From positions 30,186-94,185 of the forward strand of contig DUUV01000121.1 in assembly GCA_012841375.1 (NCBI GenBank): a stretch of 64,000 nt of DNA, in the 5' to 3' direction. Positions 46,401 to 56,420 of the stretch are shown one piece after another. The position numbers were made by a program, and so were the translations under genes. The first letter of the stretch is position 1; each line of letters starts with the position of its first letter. The notes under the pieces were generated by a model. The model did no database searches and was not told where the DNA came from. It worked only from the letters and a program-made list of their open reading frames with translations. This DNA is from Candidatus Fermentithermobacillaceae bacterium (lineage in GTDB: Bacteria > Bacillota > Sulfobacillia > Fermentithermobacillales > Fermentithermobacillaceae).

Positions 46401-46975
46401 CCGAGGTAAGCGACAGGATCGAGCTCATCGCCCTTGAGAGGGCCGATGTTGAAGAAGCCATCGAGGAGATCCACCGGGCCAGAGAGGTAGTGGAAAAGGA
46501 GATCGAGAGGAGGTTCCTTGAGACTTTTTCGGCGGTCCGAGACAGTTTCCGCGAAGTGTTCAAGGACCTCTTCGGCGGAGGCCGCGGCGACCTGACTCTC
46601 ATTGAGGAGACACTGGGCGTTGAGGTTTCGGCCGAGCCGCCGGGCAGGCGGCAAAAACACCTTAACCTCTTGTCGGGTGGCGAAAGATCACTCTGTGGTA
46701 TTGCCCTGATCTTCGCTATACTGTCTGTTAAGCCGTCTCCACTCATCGTGTTGGACGAGGTGGACACGGCTTTGGACGAGGCCAACGTGGTTAGGTTCGG
46801 GCAGTTCTTGAGGAGATACTCCAGCGACACCCAGTTCCTCGTCATAACGCACCAGAAAGCCACCATGGAGGCGGCTGATCTACTTTACGGAGTTACTATG
46901 CAGGAACCGGGCGTGTCCAAGGTGTTCGGCATGAAATTGGACGACGGCCGGAAGGGGCAAGGAGAGGTCCAATGA
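43433..46975 (+). CDS. smc: Chromosome partition protein Smc
   Basis: TTG start; N-terminal Walker A GPNGCGKSN, long coiled coils, hinge, C-terminal LSGGERSL signature and Walker B VLDEVD. Confidence 0.95.
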   Translation: MLKKLTLHGFKSFCDRTEITLGSGATAIVGPNGCGKSNLADALRWVLGEQNARVLRSSKQQDFIFSGTETRKAMGSCEVRLLFDGVTEDAETEIVRRLSRDGTSEYRLNGKVCRWKDIVESLAGTGLSHTGYVVIGQGTIQELASGRPEDRRLWIEEASGVARVRLDKRDMESRLGHAAAELKRLDDLTVELVSRKERLEADRDSARKYRELVSKKRDVELAMWLTQAEEEHRRIGNLMRRLEKHRAERDSMELAAPRLKEREASLLEKRTPLDEAISESARLREETAAALLALEKERDAARGQSTALIREIENRSARREALKKDLEKLAGEETFLSSRRESLASRLQEAADLLQGAESERAKHEDLRRECSEKAIALRTEVVELTGELARLQRSRDDLRKRLDEYRRQSRELASWLVASKAKVESESALAGDMSRRLQEELARRSELQEKITALESRISAARAALEKELAAEKNLGARLSAQRARKKLLEDLEKAFEGYGKGPRSVLEAGSQGRLRGVVGSVSQLISCEAKYIPALSAAIGGAAEHIVVEDEEAAKAAIAMLRNIKGGRATFLPINLLRPRDMHPRARETMSRMKGVQPLLSVVSCPEKLQACARYLCGRIALAEDMDTALRFMKASGWVTRVVTLSGESIEPGGAMTGGEAPRSEALFRRKQDLLELAAGEKKMAEELDRVLANRKAAEKEVQDLTREREQSLSALGRVATQVSRLEEQLAGVEASLSSLRSEIERREPETASLKREEEGVLSELRSAGDRLNDLSQAMTAKQRELEKLDAEIRLASESDRKSSDEIKRLSAEKEVLERELSSVLRRLDGIVGEKSSHEKALMDEESEIQRQSRNLEELGNLTESLGARISGLEEESRRLTRLFEEKSSEREALLSAISECQAEMARVERDSATLASRIEETTAELEVQRQAHEDTKDLIASEFGVNDLSTVPFERLARAEGLAKIEELDGSLRELGSVNLKAEEEFTEVSDRIELIALERADVEEAIEEIHRAREVVEKEIERRFLETFSAVRDSFREVFKDLFGGGRGDLTLIEETLGVEVSAEPPGRRQKHLNLLSGGERSLCGIALIFAILSVKPSPLIVLDEVDTALDEANVVRFGQFLRRYSSDTQFLVITHQKATMEAADLLYGVTMQEPGVSKVFGMKLDDGRKGQGEVQ

Positions 46976-47889
46976 GTCTTTTTCAGAAACTCCGCCAGGG
47001 GCTAAAGAGGACATCGGCCAACCTTAGAGACGCCGTGTCAGGCATTTTCACCGGGGGTCGGGTGACAGGCGAATTCCTGGACGACCTGGAAGAGGTGCTC
47101 TTGATGTCCGATGTCGGCGTCAAAGCCGCCATGGCTCTCCGGGACAGGGTTCAGGAAGAGAACAAGAAGAGGAATCTGAAGAGCCCGGATGAGCTCTTCG
47201 GCGTGATGGAGGAGCTTGTTGCCGGCATCTTGAAGGGTGTCGCGGAGCCGCTCAAGACGGCGTCGTCAGGACCCACCGTGTACGTGCTTGTAGGAGTAAA
47301 TGGAGCCGGCAAGACCACGACCATCGCGAAACTGGCGGACCGCTGGCGCAGCCAAGGAAAGAGCGTGATCATGGCCGCCGCAGATACTTTCAGGGCGGCC
47401 GCCCAGGACCAGCTCGAAGTGTGGGCAAAGAGGACCGGCTCATCGATTATCGCCCACCAACCGGGTTCCGACCCGGGGGCCGTCGCCTATGACGCAGTGA
47501 GGTCGGCCGTTGCCAGAAATGTGGATTTCGTGCTCGTGGACACGGCCGGCAGGCTTCACACGAAACGAAACCTGATTGAGGAGCTGCGCAAGATCATCCG
47601 GGTTATCCGGCGGGAGTTGCCAGGCGCCCCTCACGAGGTCATCCTGGTGATCGACGGTACCACCGGCCAAAACGGTCTGAACCAGGCCAAGGTCTTCACC
47701 GAGGCGGCCGAAGTCACCGGTGTCTGCATAACCAAGCTGGACGGGTCATCCAAGGGCGGCGTTGCCGTCGCAATAGCCGACGAGCTGGGCTTGCCAATCA
47801 AACTGGTTGGTGTGGGAGAGTCTTCAGATGACCTCCGCGACTTCGATCCAGAAGCATTCGCCAAGGCTTTGTTCGCAAGGCCTGATTAA
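46972..47889 (+). CDS. ftsY: Signal recognition particle receptor FtsY
   Basis: NG domain with [20 protein letters not shown] motifs. Confidence 0.95.
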   Translation: MSLFQKLRQGLKRTSANLRDAVSGIFTGGRVTGEFLDDLEEVLLMSDVGVKAAMALRDRVQEENKKRNLKSPDELFGVMEELVAGILKGVAEPLKTASSGPTVYVLVGVNGAGKTTTIAKLADRWRSQGKSVIMAAADTFRAAAQDQLEVWAKRTGSSIIAHQPGSDPGAVAYDAVRSAVARNVDFVLVDTAGRLHTKRNLIEELRKIIRVIRRELPGAPHEVILVIDGTTGQNGLNQAKVFTEAAEVTGVCITKLDGSSKGGVAVAIADELGLPIKLVGVGESSDDLRDFDPEAFAKALFARPD

Positions 47890-47903
47890 GGAGGCTGGAG
47901 AGA

Positions 47904-48818
47904 GTGGAGGGCCATCGCGGGGTTATCTTCAACATCCAGAGGTTCTCGCTTCACGATGGCCCGGGTATACGGACCACCGTATTTCTTAAGGGATGTCCGC
48001 TACGGTGTCCTTGGTGCCATAATCCCGAAAGCCAGAGCCGGCTTCCCGAGCTCATGTATTGGGAGTCAAGGTGTTCGGGGTGCGGCGCCTGTGTACCGGC
48101 TTGTTCAAGGGGCGCGCTCAGGCTTCAGGACGGGCGTCCCGTCCTGAGCTCCGGGCAGTGCGCGGCATGTGGAGACTGTGTGAAGAGCTGCCCGGCGGGC
48201 GCCCGGGGGATTTCCGGCCGGACAGTGACTCCCCATGAGGTGCTGGCGGAGGTCCTAGGCGACACCGTGTTCTACGACCAGTCCGGCGGCGGGGTGACCT
48301 TCTCGGGAGGCGAACCTCTCGCGCAGCCGGAGTTCCTGGAAGAAACACTAAGGCTCTGCAAGGATGCGGGGCTCTCTACGGTTGTGGACACCTGCGGATT
48401 TGCCCACTGGGACGTGCTGGAGAGGATCGCCCCTCTTGTCGATCTCTTCCTCTACGACGTGAAACTCATGGATGATGCTGCCCATATGGAGAGCGTAGGG
48501 GTCTCAAACAAGATCATCCTCGACAACCTCCGTCGCCTCGCTTCGGCCGGAAGCAAGGTGACGGCCCGATTGCCGGTCATCCCAGGAGTAAACGACGGCA
48601 TGGCCAACATACAGAAGACTGGGGAATACCTTTCGTCGGTAGGGGTCCGGCGGGTGACGCTCTTGCCCTATCATGACCTGGGGAAGGAGAAATACGTCCG
48701 CTTGGGTAGGGAATACCCGCTGGAGGACATGGCGTCATTGCCGGACGAAAGTATTGAGAGAATATACCATACTCTAAGGGGCTTCGGACTGCAGGTCGAT
48801 GTGAGCGGGCAGTCTTGA
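47904..48818 (+). CDS. Glycyl-radical enzyme activating protein (radical SAM activase with two extra ferredoxin-like clusters)
   Basis: GTG start; CPLRCPWCHN radical-SAM motif plus CSGCGACVPAC and CAACGDCVKSCP cluster motifs; 14 nt after ftsY. Confidence 0.85.
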   Translation: MEGHRGVIFNIQRFSLHDGPGIRTTVFLKGCPLRCPWCHNPESQSRLPELMYWESRCSGCGACVPACSRGALRLQDGRPVLSSGQCAACGDCVKSCPAGARGISGRTVTPHEVLAEVLGDTVFYDQSGGGVTFSGGEPLAQPEFLEETLRLCKDAGLSTVVDTCGFAHWDVLERIAPLVDLFLYDVKLMDDAAHMESVGVSNKIILDNLRRLASAGSKVTARLPVIPGVNDGMANIQKTGEYLSSVGVRRVTLLPYHDLGKEKYVRLGREYPLEDMASLPDESIERIYHTLRGFGLQVDVSGQS

Positions 48819-48876
48819 CCGGCTCACGCGAGAAGATTTGCGTCTCGCTCCTGAAGTAAATAGCGGGGGATGAGCC

Positions 48877-51237
48877 GTGAGAGAGAGAGTACAAAGACTT
48901 CGAGAGGAGAGTCTCCAGGCGGTGCCCGAGCTCTCCATTGAGCGCGCCCTCATCGTTACCGAGGTGTACAAGGAGTATCAGGGCAAGGTTTCGGTCCCGG
49001 TCCTCAGGGCCTTGACGTTCAAGGCGCTGATGGAGAAAAAGGCCGTCTACATAGGAGAAAGGGAACTCATTGTGGGGGAACGGGGCGAGCGACCCAAGAG
49101 AACCCCCACTTACCCAGAACTGTGCTGCCACACGCTTCAAGATTTCCAGGTCATAAACGATAGAGAGAAGACGTTTTTCCGGGTAAGCCCTGAGGCTAGG
49201 AAGGCTCAGGCGGAGACGGTCATTCCGTACTGGGAAGAGAGGTCTATGAGACACCGTCTTTTTTCCCAAATGACCCCCATATGGAAAGACTGTTACGAAG
49301 CCGGCATATTCACCGAGTTCATGGAGCAGCGGGCGCCCGGACATACCGTTCTCGACGGCAAGGTCTACGAAAAAGGCTTCCTTGACTTCAAGGACGACAT
49401 CCAAAGGGCCATTCGCTCGCTGGACTTCACAGGCGACCCTCGTGCTTACGAAAAGCGCGAGGAACTGAAGGCCATGGACATCTGCTGCGACGCCATCATC
49501 ACCTATGCGGAGCGCCACGCCTGTCTGGCCAGAAAGATGGCTTCAGAGTGCGATGACCCTGTGCGGAGACAGGAACTCCTCAAGATCGCCCAGGTGTCCT
49601 CTCACGTGCCCGCCCATCCTCCCAGGACTTTCTGGGAAGCGCTGCAGATGTACTGGTATGTCCACATAGGCGTCATCACCGAGCTGAACACCTGGGATTC
49701 CTTCAACCCGGGGAGGCTCGACCAGCACCTGTACCCCTTCTACAAGCGAGAGCTAGAGGAAGGAACCCTCACGCGTGAGGACGCCAAGGAACTCCTGGAG
49801 TGCTTCTGGGTGAAGTTCAACAACCAACCCGCGCCGCCCAAAGTGGGCATCACTCTCGCCGAGAGCGGCACCTATACCGATTTCGCGAACATCAATACGG
49901 GCGGGCTGAGGCCCGACGGCTCGTGCGGGGTGAACGATGTCTCTTACCTGGTGCTGGAGGTCATTGACGAGATGCGCCTTCTCCAGCCTTCGTCAAACAT
50001 CCAGTTGAGCGCCAAGAGCCCGGACTACTTTCTGCGGAAAGCCTGCGAGATCGTGAGGAAGGGGTGGGGTCAGCCTTCCATCTTCAACGCCGACGTGGTG
50101 GTCCAGGAGATGCTCTTGGCGGGCAAGTCGGTTGTTGACGCGCGGTCCGGCGGGACTTCCGGTTGCGTGGAGACGGGCGCTTTCGGGAAAGAGAGTTACA
50201 TCCTCACCGGATATCTGAACCTCCCCAAGATCCTTGAAATAACCCTTCACAATGGGGTGGACCCCCGTACAGGCAAGGAGATAGGCAAGAAGACAGGCCC
50301 ACCTTCGTCCTGGGTTTCCTTTGAGGATCTCATGAGAGCGTACGAGGAACAGCTCAGCCACTTCATAGACGTGAAGATAAGGGGCAACAACGTCATCGAG
50401 AAGCTGTACGCCGAGAACATGCCCTGCCCATTTCTATCCACGGTCGTGAGCGACTGCATTGAGAACGGCACAGACTACAACGCCGGCGGCGCCAGGTATC
50501 ACACGAGGTACATCCAGGGGGTAGGCATCGCGTCGGTGACCGACAGCCTCTCCGCTTTGAAGGAGCTCGTGTTCGAGAGGCGACTTCTCACGGCAGACAG
50601 TCTTGTGGAGGTTCTGGGCAGGAATTTCGAAGGCGCAGAAGCTCTCCGCCAGACTGCCGTATCAAGGTGCCCCAAGTACGGGAACGACGACGACGCGGCC
50701 GACGACATAATGAGAATGGTTTTTGACGCTTTCTACCGCCTTGTGGACGGACGGAAGAGCTCCACCGGAGGTACCTACCACATAGACATGCTGCCTACCA
50801 CATGCCACGTCTATTTCGGCTCGGTTACAGGTGCCACCCCCGACGGAAGACTCGCCGGCGAACCATTCTCGGAGGGCATTTCTCCGGTGCAGGGCCGCGA
50901 TAAGTTCGGGCCTACGGCGGTCCTCAAGTCAGCCTCAAAGATGGACCACGTGAGGACCGGCGGGACCCTCATGAACCAGAAGTTTTCGCCGAAGGTCCTT
51001 GAGGGAGAAGAAGGGCTCAGGGCTCTCATGAACTTGGTCAGGGGGTACTTCAAGCTTGGTGGTCACCACATCCAGTTCAATGTGGTCGACGCCGTCACGC
51101 TCCGTGACGCCCAGGAACATCCTGAGAAGTACAGGGACCTGATCGTCAGAGTCGCCGGCTACAGCGATTACTTCTGCGATCTCAGCCGTGCCCTACAGGA
51201 CGAGATAATAGCGAGGACGGAGCACAAGTCCATCTGA
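48877..51237 (+). CDS. Glycyl radical enzyme (PFL2/eliminase-type; substrate unknown)
   Basis: 786 aa; C-terminal glycyl radical motif RVAGYSDYF; thiyl loop GGTSGCVETG with single Cys and Glu two residues later (Cys-x-Glu as in dehydratase/lyase-type GREs rather than PFL CC). Confidence 0.85.
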   Translation: MRERVQRLREESLQAVPELSIERALIVTEVYKEYQGKVSVPVLRALTFKALMEKKAVYIGERELIVGERGERPKRTPTYPELCCHTLQDFQVINDREKTFFRVSPEARKAQAETVIPYWEERSMRHRLFSQMTPIWKDCYEAGIFTEFMEQRAPGHTVLDGKVYEKGFLDFKDDIQRAIRSLDFTGDPRAYEKREELKAMDICCDAIITYAERHACLARKMASECDDPVRRQELLKIAQVSSHVPAHPPRTFWEALQMYWYVHIGVITELNTWDSFNPGRLDQHLYPFYKRELEEGTLTREDAKELLECFWVKFNNQPAPPKVGITLAESGTYTDFANINTGGLRPDGSCGVNDVSYLVLEVIDEMRLLQPSSNIQLSAKSPDYFLRKACEIVRKGWGQPSIFNADVVVQEMLLAGKSVVDARSGGTSGCVETGAFGKESYILTGYLNLPKILEITLHNGVDPRTGKEIGKKTGPPSSWVSFEDLMRAYEEQLSHFIDVKIRGNNVIEKLYAENMPCPFLSTVVSDCIENGTDYNAGGARYHTRYIQGVGIASVTDSLSALKELVFERRLLTADSLVEVLGRNFEGAEALRQTAVSRCPKYGNDDDAADDIMRMVFDAFYRLVDGRKSSTGGTYHIDMLPTTCHVYFGSVTGATPDGRLAGEPFSEGISPVQGRDKFGPTAVLKSASKMDHVRTGGTLMNQKFSPKVLEGEEGLRALMNLVRGYFKLGGHHIQFNVVDAVTLRDAQEHPEKYRDLIVRVAGYSDYFCDLSRALQDEIIARTEHKSI

Positions 51238-51275
51238 CCGAGAGGCTCCTTGGCGTGGGTCAGAGGCCGAAGCCG

Positions 51276-52520
51276 TCAGAGAAGGCGGTTGTACACTTCG
51301 GCCACTCTATATGCCGTGGCTTCCGCGGAATGCTTGGAGCGGACCAGTTCCAGGCCGAAAGCCCGTATTTCGTCGAGGTTGGCGTCGGATAGGGCAGAGG
51401 CGATCTCCGAGGCCAAGGTGGCTGCTTCTACCGGTCTGGGCGCCCCGTTTGAGGTGAAGTTGCGTTCTTCCAGTTCGTCCACGTTATCGGGAGTGACCTG
51501 TCCGAAGTCGCCTTGGGGTCCGGCCACGATGCACGGCTTGCCGCATGCCATGGCCTCAAGGACGACACGGGACATGCCTATGACCAGATCGCTTGCCTGG
51601 TAGACCCGGGCCATGTCGCTGACGAATCCGAGACACTTTACCATCTCCCGGCCCGAGCGTCTGTTGACCTCTTGCGCCGCCCTTTCGACTCTAGAGAGCG
51701 ACTCGCCGTCGCCCGCGATGAGGAGGGATATGCCCGGAAAGGTCTGGGCCAGACGAGAGACGGCTTCTATGGTAAGGCAAGCCGTCGCGCTCAGTTCCGG
51801 GGTCATCCGCGAGGCATAGACCAAGACGGGACCCTGAACCGCCTCGGGCACTACGGCCATCCTTATGTCCCGGGACTCCTCCTCAGAGAGAGGCCGGAAC
51901 TCCCGGCAATCGATGCCGTTGGGAATGACCGTTATCTTCTCTCCGTCAAACCCGAACTCTCTCGTGATGTAATCCTTGATGACATCGCTGACGGCTATGG
52001 TCAAGTCGCCCTGACGCGACACAAGGTTCCATGGAAAACCGGATACGAAAGTCCAGTGATAGGTTGTCACCAGCGGGACGTGCAGTTGTCTTGAAACGTA
52101 GGTCCCGATCCAGGCGGGGATCCTGGCGTGAGCGTGGATCAAGTCCACGTTACGCGACTTCACAATATCTATGAGGCTCTTGTATGCCCGGAGCATCTTC
52201 AAAGGGTTTCGGGAGCCCAGCGGCACGTCGAAGTGCTCGATCCCCGAACCCGTAATGTCTTCTACTCGCCGGCCCCCACCGGACGCCACGAGTACATTCC
52301 AGCCCATCTCCCTCAAGGACCTGGACAGGCTGACTATATGAGTCTCGGCTCCCCCAATGTCCAGACCCATAGCCAGTTCCAGCACTACGCGACCCTGGCC
52401 GCTCAAGATATGCTTCTTGGTGTTGCTCACAGTGTTCTGCCTCCCGCCAACGAGCCCCGGATATCGCAGGATATTCCCTGTGGGAGACGGTTTTCCCTGC
52501 AAGGAGCAACTTGACCTCAT
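51276..52520 (-). CDS. Glycosyltransferase family 4
   Basis: GLDIGGAETHIV N-terminus, DLIHAHARIP, C-terminal LEAMACGKPCIV; BshA-like pattern but not specific; true start probably downstream of the ORF-track start. Confidence 0.7.
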   Translation of the reverse strand: MRSSCSLQGKPSPTGNILRYPGLVGGRQNTVSNTKKHILSGQGRVVLELAMGLDIGGAETHIVSLSRSLREMGWNVLVASGGGRRVEDITGSGIEHFDVPLGSRNPLKMLRAYKSLIDIVKSRNVDLIHAHARIPAWIGTYVSRQLHVPLVTTYHWTFVSGFPWNLVSRQGDLTIAVSDVIKDYITREFGFDGEKITVIPNGIDCREFRPLSEEESRDIRMAVVPEAVQGPVLVYASRMTPELSATACLTIEAVSRLAQTFPGISLLIAGDGESLSRVERAAQEVNRRSGREMVKCLGFVSDMARVYQASDLVIGMSRVVLEAMACGKPCIVAGPQGDFGQVTPDNVDELEERNFTSNGAPRPVEAATLASEIASALSDANLDEIRAFGLELVRSKHSAEATAYRVAEVYNRLL

Positions 52521-52568
52521 CCGGTCAAAGGTGTAGGATTCAAGGGTGTAAAGGTTTAAACCAGGACA

Positions 52569-52958
52569 GTGAGGTCTGAAACCGTGTCATACTCGCCCGA
52601 AAAGGTTCATGAGTTCTCGGTCCTTTTCGACCTGTATGGGGAGATGTTGGCTCCCAGGCAACAGGAAGTCCTGACCCTCAAACTGCACGAGGACCTGTCA
52701 CTCATGGAGATCTCGGAGCGGCTGGGGATCTCCAGGCAGGCTTGCGACGATGCCCTCAAGAGGGGCCAGAGGGCCCTGCGCCAACTTGAGGAGAGAATCG
52801 GGCTCCGGGAACGGATTTGCAGTGAAGAGGCCCTCGTCTCCGACATTGTCGCCAAGCTCAGATCCATGAACTCGGAGAACTGGAGAGAAGTCAGAGATAT
52901 GTGCCTCAGGGTACTCTGTCCTATCTTGAGCGGTGGTGATGGCGAAGATGGAGTTTGA
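52569..52958 (+). CDS. ylxM: YlxM/p13-family putative DNA-binding protein (UPF0122)
   Basis: FSVLFDLYGEMLAPRQQEVLTLKLHEDLSLMEISERLGISRQA sigma-70 region-4-like HTH; precedes and overlaps ffh as in the conserved ylxM-ffh operon. Confidence 0.8.
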   Translation: MRSETVSYSPEKVHEFSVLFDLYGEMLAPRQQEVLTLKLHEDLSLMEISERLGISRQACDDALKRGQRALRQLEERIGLRERICSEEALVSDIVAKLRSMNSENWREVRDMCLRVLCPILSGGDGEDGV

Positions 52959-54264
52959 GAATCTTTCAGCGCGCCTCGCAGGCGTTTTCAAGAGACTCCG
53001 CGGAAAAGGGAAGCTGTCGGAGAAGGATGTTGAGGAAGCCCTGCGCGAAGTCCGCCTATCGCTCCTTGAGGCAGACGTCAACTTCAAGGTTGTCAGGGAG
53101 TTTATCGCGGCGGTCAAGGAGAAAAGCCTGTCTCAGGAAGTGCTGGACAGCCTCACCCCTGCCCAGCAGGTCATAAAGATAGTAAATGACGAACTGGTCC
53201 ATCTCTTGGGAACCCGGGCAAAACCTTTGGACCTTTCCGGAAACCCGCCTGCCGTGCTGGCTTTGTTCGGGCTCCAAGGCTCAGGCAAGACTTCGGCTGC
53301 CGGAAAGCTGGCCCTCAACCTCAAGAAGAGCGGTCGCCGGGTCATGCTTGTGTCATGCGATGTGTATCGTCCGGCTGCCCAGCGACAACTTGAGATCCTG
53401 GCGGAAAAAGCCGGAGCGGGCTTCTTCACAATGGATACCGGTACCGATCCTGCCGTTATCGCCAAGCAGGGCTACGAAAAGGCGCGCACCTCCGCCTACG
53501 ACGTCGTGATTTTCGACACGGCCGGGCGTACCCAGTTGGATGACGCGATGATGGACGAGGCGAAGCGCATCAAAGAGGCTGTCAGCCCCCGGGAGAGCAT
53601 CCTTGTGGTCGATGCGATGACCGGGCAGGAAGCCTGCAGGGTGGCCGAGGCTTTCGACGAGACCGTCGGACTTACCGGAATCATCCTCACGAAGATCGAC
53701 TCTGATGCCCGTGGCGGCGCTGCGCTTTCCATCGCCAAGGTTACGGGAAAGCCCATCAAGTTCGCCTCAACCGGAGAGAAACTCGAGGACTTCCAGGTAT
53801 TCCATCCCGACCGCATGGCTTCAAGGATACTGGGTATGGGAGATGTCCTCACGCTTATCGAGAAGGCCCAGGCTTCTTTCGATGAGAAGAAGGCCCAGGA
53901 AATGGAGCGCAAGCTCCGCAGGAAAGAGTTCACCCTTGAGGACTTTGTGGACCAAATGAAAGAGGTCAAGAAGATGGGGTCTTTCGGCGACCTCCTCAGG
54001 ATGATCCCCGGTTTCAACAAGATGAAGATAGACGTGGATATAGACCCCAAGGAATGGAGCCGGCTGGAGGCTATAATCAGTTCGATGACGCCTCATGAGA
54101 GGCGGAAGCCCGAGATCATCGACGGGTCCAGAAAGCGAAGGATAGCAAGAGGCAGTGGCACCCAGGTGCAAGATGTAAACCGGCTGCTCAAACAGTTTTT
54201 CCAGGCGAGGAAGATGATGTTCCAGATGTCGCCTGAGAAGATGGGTAGGTTTCGCCTGCCCTGA
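52948..54264 (+). CDS. ffh: Signal recognition particle protein Ffh
   Basis: MEFENLSARL start, GLQGSGKTS, DTAGR, TKIDSDARGG, M-domain; ATG 52948. Confidence 0.95.
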   Translation: MEFENLSARLAGVFKRLRGKGKLSEKDVEEALREVRLSLLEADVNFKVVREFIAAVKEKSLSQEVLDSLTPAQQVIKIVNDELVHLLGTRAKPLDLSGNPPAVLALFGLQGSGKTSAAGKLALNLKKSGRRVMLVSCDVYRPAAQRQLEILAEKAGAGFFTMDTGTDPAVIAKQGYEKARTSAYDVVIFDTAGRTQLDDAMMDEAKRIKEAVSPRESILVVDAMTGQEACRVAEAFDETVGLTGIILTKIDSDARGGAALSIAKVTGKPIKFASTGEKLEDFQVFHPDRMASRILGMGDVLTLIEKAQASFDEKKAQEMERKLRRKEFTLEDFVDQMKEVKKMGSFGDLLRMIPGFNKMKIDVDIDPKEWSRLEAIISSMTPHERRKPEIIDGSRKRRIARGSGTQVQDVNRLLKQFFQARKMMFQMSPEKMGRFRLP

Positions 54265-54306
54265 TACTAGAAGAGAGAGAAGGTACGAGAAAGGAGATGC
54301 GGCAAG

Positions 54307-54576
54307 TTGGCGGTAAAGATCCGGCTTAAGCGAATAGGCGCGAAGAAGGCCCCTGCGTATCGCATTGTAGTGGCCGATTCCCGGATCCAGAGGGACGGCA
54401 GGCCCATTGAGGAGTTGGGCTACTACGACCCGACAAAGGACCCTGCGGTATACAAGGTACAGGAGGACAAAGCGCTTCTCTGGTTGGAGCGCGGCGCCGT
54501 GCCTACACCTACGGCCAAGACGATCCTGGCCAGGGCCGGGGTTATCGAGAAGTGGGCGGCCAAGAAGCAGAAGTAA
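54307..54576 (+). CDS. rpsP: 30S ribosomal protein S16
   Basis: [25 protein letters not shown]...YYDP; TTG start with AGGAGA RBS. Confidence 0.9.
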   Translation: MAVKIRLKRIGAKKAPAYRIVVADSRIQRDGRPIEELGYYDPTKDPAVYKVQEDKALLWLERGAVPTPTAKTILARAGVIEKWAAKKQK

Positions 54577-54622
54577 CGCTTGTGTCACACATGGAAGCAT
54601 GTCAGGCACGAGGAGGGCTAAT

Positions 54623-54856
54623 ATGCTACGTGACCTGGTAACATTCATCGCACAGGCTATCGTTGACGAGCCCGACAAAGTCGAGGTAAACGAAGTTGAG
54701 GGCGAGAGGGCAGTCGTATTCGAACTCAGAGTCTCGCCCGACGACATGGGGAAGATAATCGGTCGCAAGGGCAGGGTCATTCACGCCGTCAGGGCGCTTG
54801 TGCAGGCTGCCGCGGCCAAAGAGGGCAAGAGGGCGACTGTCGAGATTCTTGAGTAG
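54623..54856 (+). CDS. khpA: KH-domain RNA-binding protein KhpA (YlqC)
   Basis: [18 protein letters not shown] (GxxG) motif; ATG 54623 with AGGAGGG RBS; ORF-track extension rejected. Confidence 0.85.
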   Translation: MLRDLVTFIAQAIVDEPDKVEVNEVEGERAVVFELRVSPDDMGKIIGRKGRVIHAVRALVQAAAAKEGKRATVEILE

Positions 54857-54862
54857 AGGGCG

Positions 54863-55309
54863 GTGTCTTTGGTGCTTATCTCCAGGGCGGTGACCGTGAA
54901 ATCGAGAGTCACACCCGCGCTCCGGGCCCGGCTCGGAGCAGAGACCCAGAAGGCCATAAGGGATGTTGACGAGGAGATCGAGCGTGCCGCCGCCGAGATC
55001 GAAAGGTGCCGGGCTTCGGGAAGGAACGACGAGGCCGCAGCGCTGGAGCGTAAAGCTCAAGAACTTTCGGCGCGGAAAGACGCCCTTGTGGCCAAGCTCA
55101 AGGAGATCGCCAGGCTTCGCGAGGGCCAGGAAGTTGTGCGGGGCCAGATTCAGGGTTTTTGTGAAGTGAAGGTTGGAGACAACTGGCCGGAGGTCCTGTC
55201 GGCCGAGATCGTCCTGGAGGACGGAAGGGTCGTGGCGTTTCGTGAGGGCGGGTCGGTAACGGTGAAAATGGCTTCAGACAATCAGCTCACCGGAACGCCT
55301 GAGCAATGA
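54863..55309 (+). CDS. ylqD: YlqD-family protein
   Basis: Coiled-coil centre and C-terminal EVKVGDNW motif, location between khpA and trmD as B. subtilis ylqD. Confidence 0.55.
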   Translation: MSLVLISRAVTVKSRVTPALRARLGAETQKAIRDVDEEIERAAAEIERCRASGRNDEAAALERKAQELSARKDALVAKLKEIARLREGQEVVRGQIQGFCEVKVGDNWPEVLSAEIVLEDGRVVAFREGGSVTVKMASDNQLTGTPEQ

Positions 55310-56061
55310 GAATCTACATCCTCACCCTTTTTCCCGAGGTTTTTGGGCCGGTCCTGGACTCGAGCATAGTGGGAAGAGCCAGGGAAGCCGGGATCCTTCA
55401 AGTGACAACGGTCAACATCAGGGATTTCGCCCACGATGCCCACGGCACCGTTGACGATTACCCCTACGGCGGGGGGCCGGGGATGGTCATGAAGCCGGAG
55501 CCCCTTTACGAGGCCCTGGCTTGGGTCCGGCGGGACTCGGAAAGCGAGCCTTACGTGGCGCTGATGACGCCCCAGGGGCGTAGGTTCGCCGCGGGAGTGG
55601 CAAAGGAACTTGCCTGTCGCGATCCGCTGGTCCTGGTGGCCGGTCATTACGAGGGGTTTGACGAGAGGATCCGGTCTTTCGCCCACGATGAGATCTCCAT
55701 AGGAGATTTCGTCCTGACTCGAGGGGAGATCGCGGCCATGGCAGTCTTGGACGCGACATCAAGGTTCCTTCCCGGTGTCCTGGGTGATGAGAACTCGGCC
55801 GAAGCGGACTCGTTTTCAGACGGCCTGCTCGAGGGACCGCAGTACACGAGGCCTCAGGAATTCCTGGGGATGGAGGTTCCCGCCGTGCTTCGAGGAGGGG
55901 ACAGGGCGGCTATCGCGAGGTGGCGGAGAAAGGAATCCCTCCGGCGCACCCTTGAAAGGCGCAAAGACCTCCTGCGTGACGCAGTCTTGACCTACGAGGA
56001 CAGACGCATTTTAGCCGAAGTCTTGAAGGAAGAGAGAAGAGACGGCAACGATTTGTGGTAA
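55306..56061 (+). CDS. trmD: tRNA (guanine37-N1)-methyltransferase
   Basis: [11 protein letters not shown]...[15 protein letters not shown]...[10 protein letters not shown] TrmD signatures. Confidence 0.95.
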   Translation: MRIYILTLFPEVFGPVLDSSIVGRAREAGILQVTTVNIRDFAHDAHGTVDDYPYGGGPGMVMKPEPLYEALAWVRRDSESEPYVALMTPQGRRFAAGVAKELACRDPLVLVAGHYEGFDERIRSFAHDEISIGDFVLTRGEIAAMAVLDATSRFLPGVLGDENSAEADSFSDGLLEGPQYTRPQEFLGMEVPAVLRGGDRAAIARWRRKESLRRTLERRKDLLRDAVLTYEDRRILAEVLKEERRDGNDLW

Positions 56062-56064
56062 GGA

Positions 56065-56418
56065 GTGACAAGCGTGGACGTTCTGAAACTCATTGAAGAG
56101 TCGCAGATGAAGAAAGACATACCGGCTTTTGCTCCGGGAGACCGGGTAAGAGTCCATTACAGAGTCGTTGAGGGCGGGCGCGAAAGGATCCAGGTTTTCG
56201 ACGGCGTCGTCATCGCCAGGCAGCGCGGCGGCGTCAGAGAGACCTTCCTCGTGAGGAGAGTCAGCTACGGGATAGGGGTAGAGCGCACCTTTCCTGTTCA
56301 CTCGCCGAGGATAGCCAAGATCGAAGTAGTGCGAAGAGGTAGGGTCCGACGAGCGAAACTGTTCTACCTGAGAGGCCTGTCAGGCAAGTCAGCCAGGATA
56401 GCCGAGCAGAGAAGATAG
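56065..56418 (+). CDS. rplS: 50S ribosomal protein L19
   Basis: [36 protein letters not shown]; GTG start (56065 or 56074). Confidence 0.9.
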   Translation: MTSVDVLKLIEESQMKKDIPAFAPGDRVRVHYRVVEGGRERIQVFDGVVIARQRGGVRETFLVRRVSYGIGVERTFPVHSPRIAKIEVVRRGRVRRAKLFYLRGLSGKSARIAEQRR

Positions 56419-56420
56419 TC

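Noticed and set aside
54407-54622. Extended KhpA ORF overlapping rpsP
   Set aside because: Overlaps rpsP in another frame; ATG 54623 has an AGGAGGG RBS and gives the canonical 77-aa KH protein.
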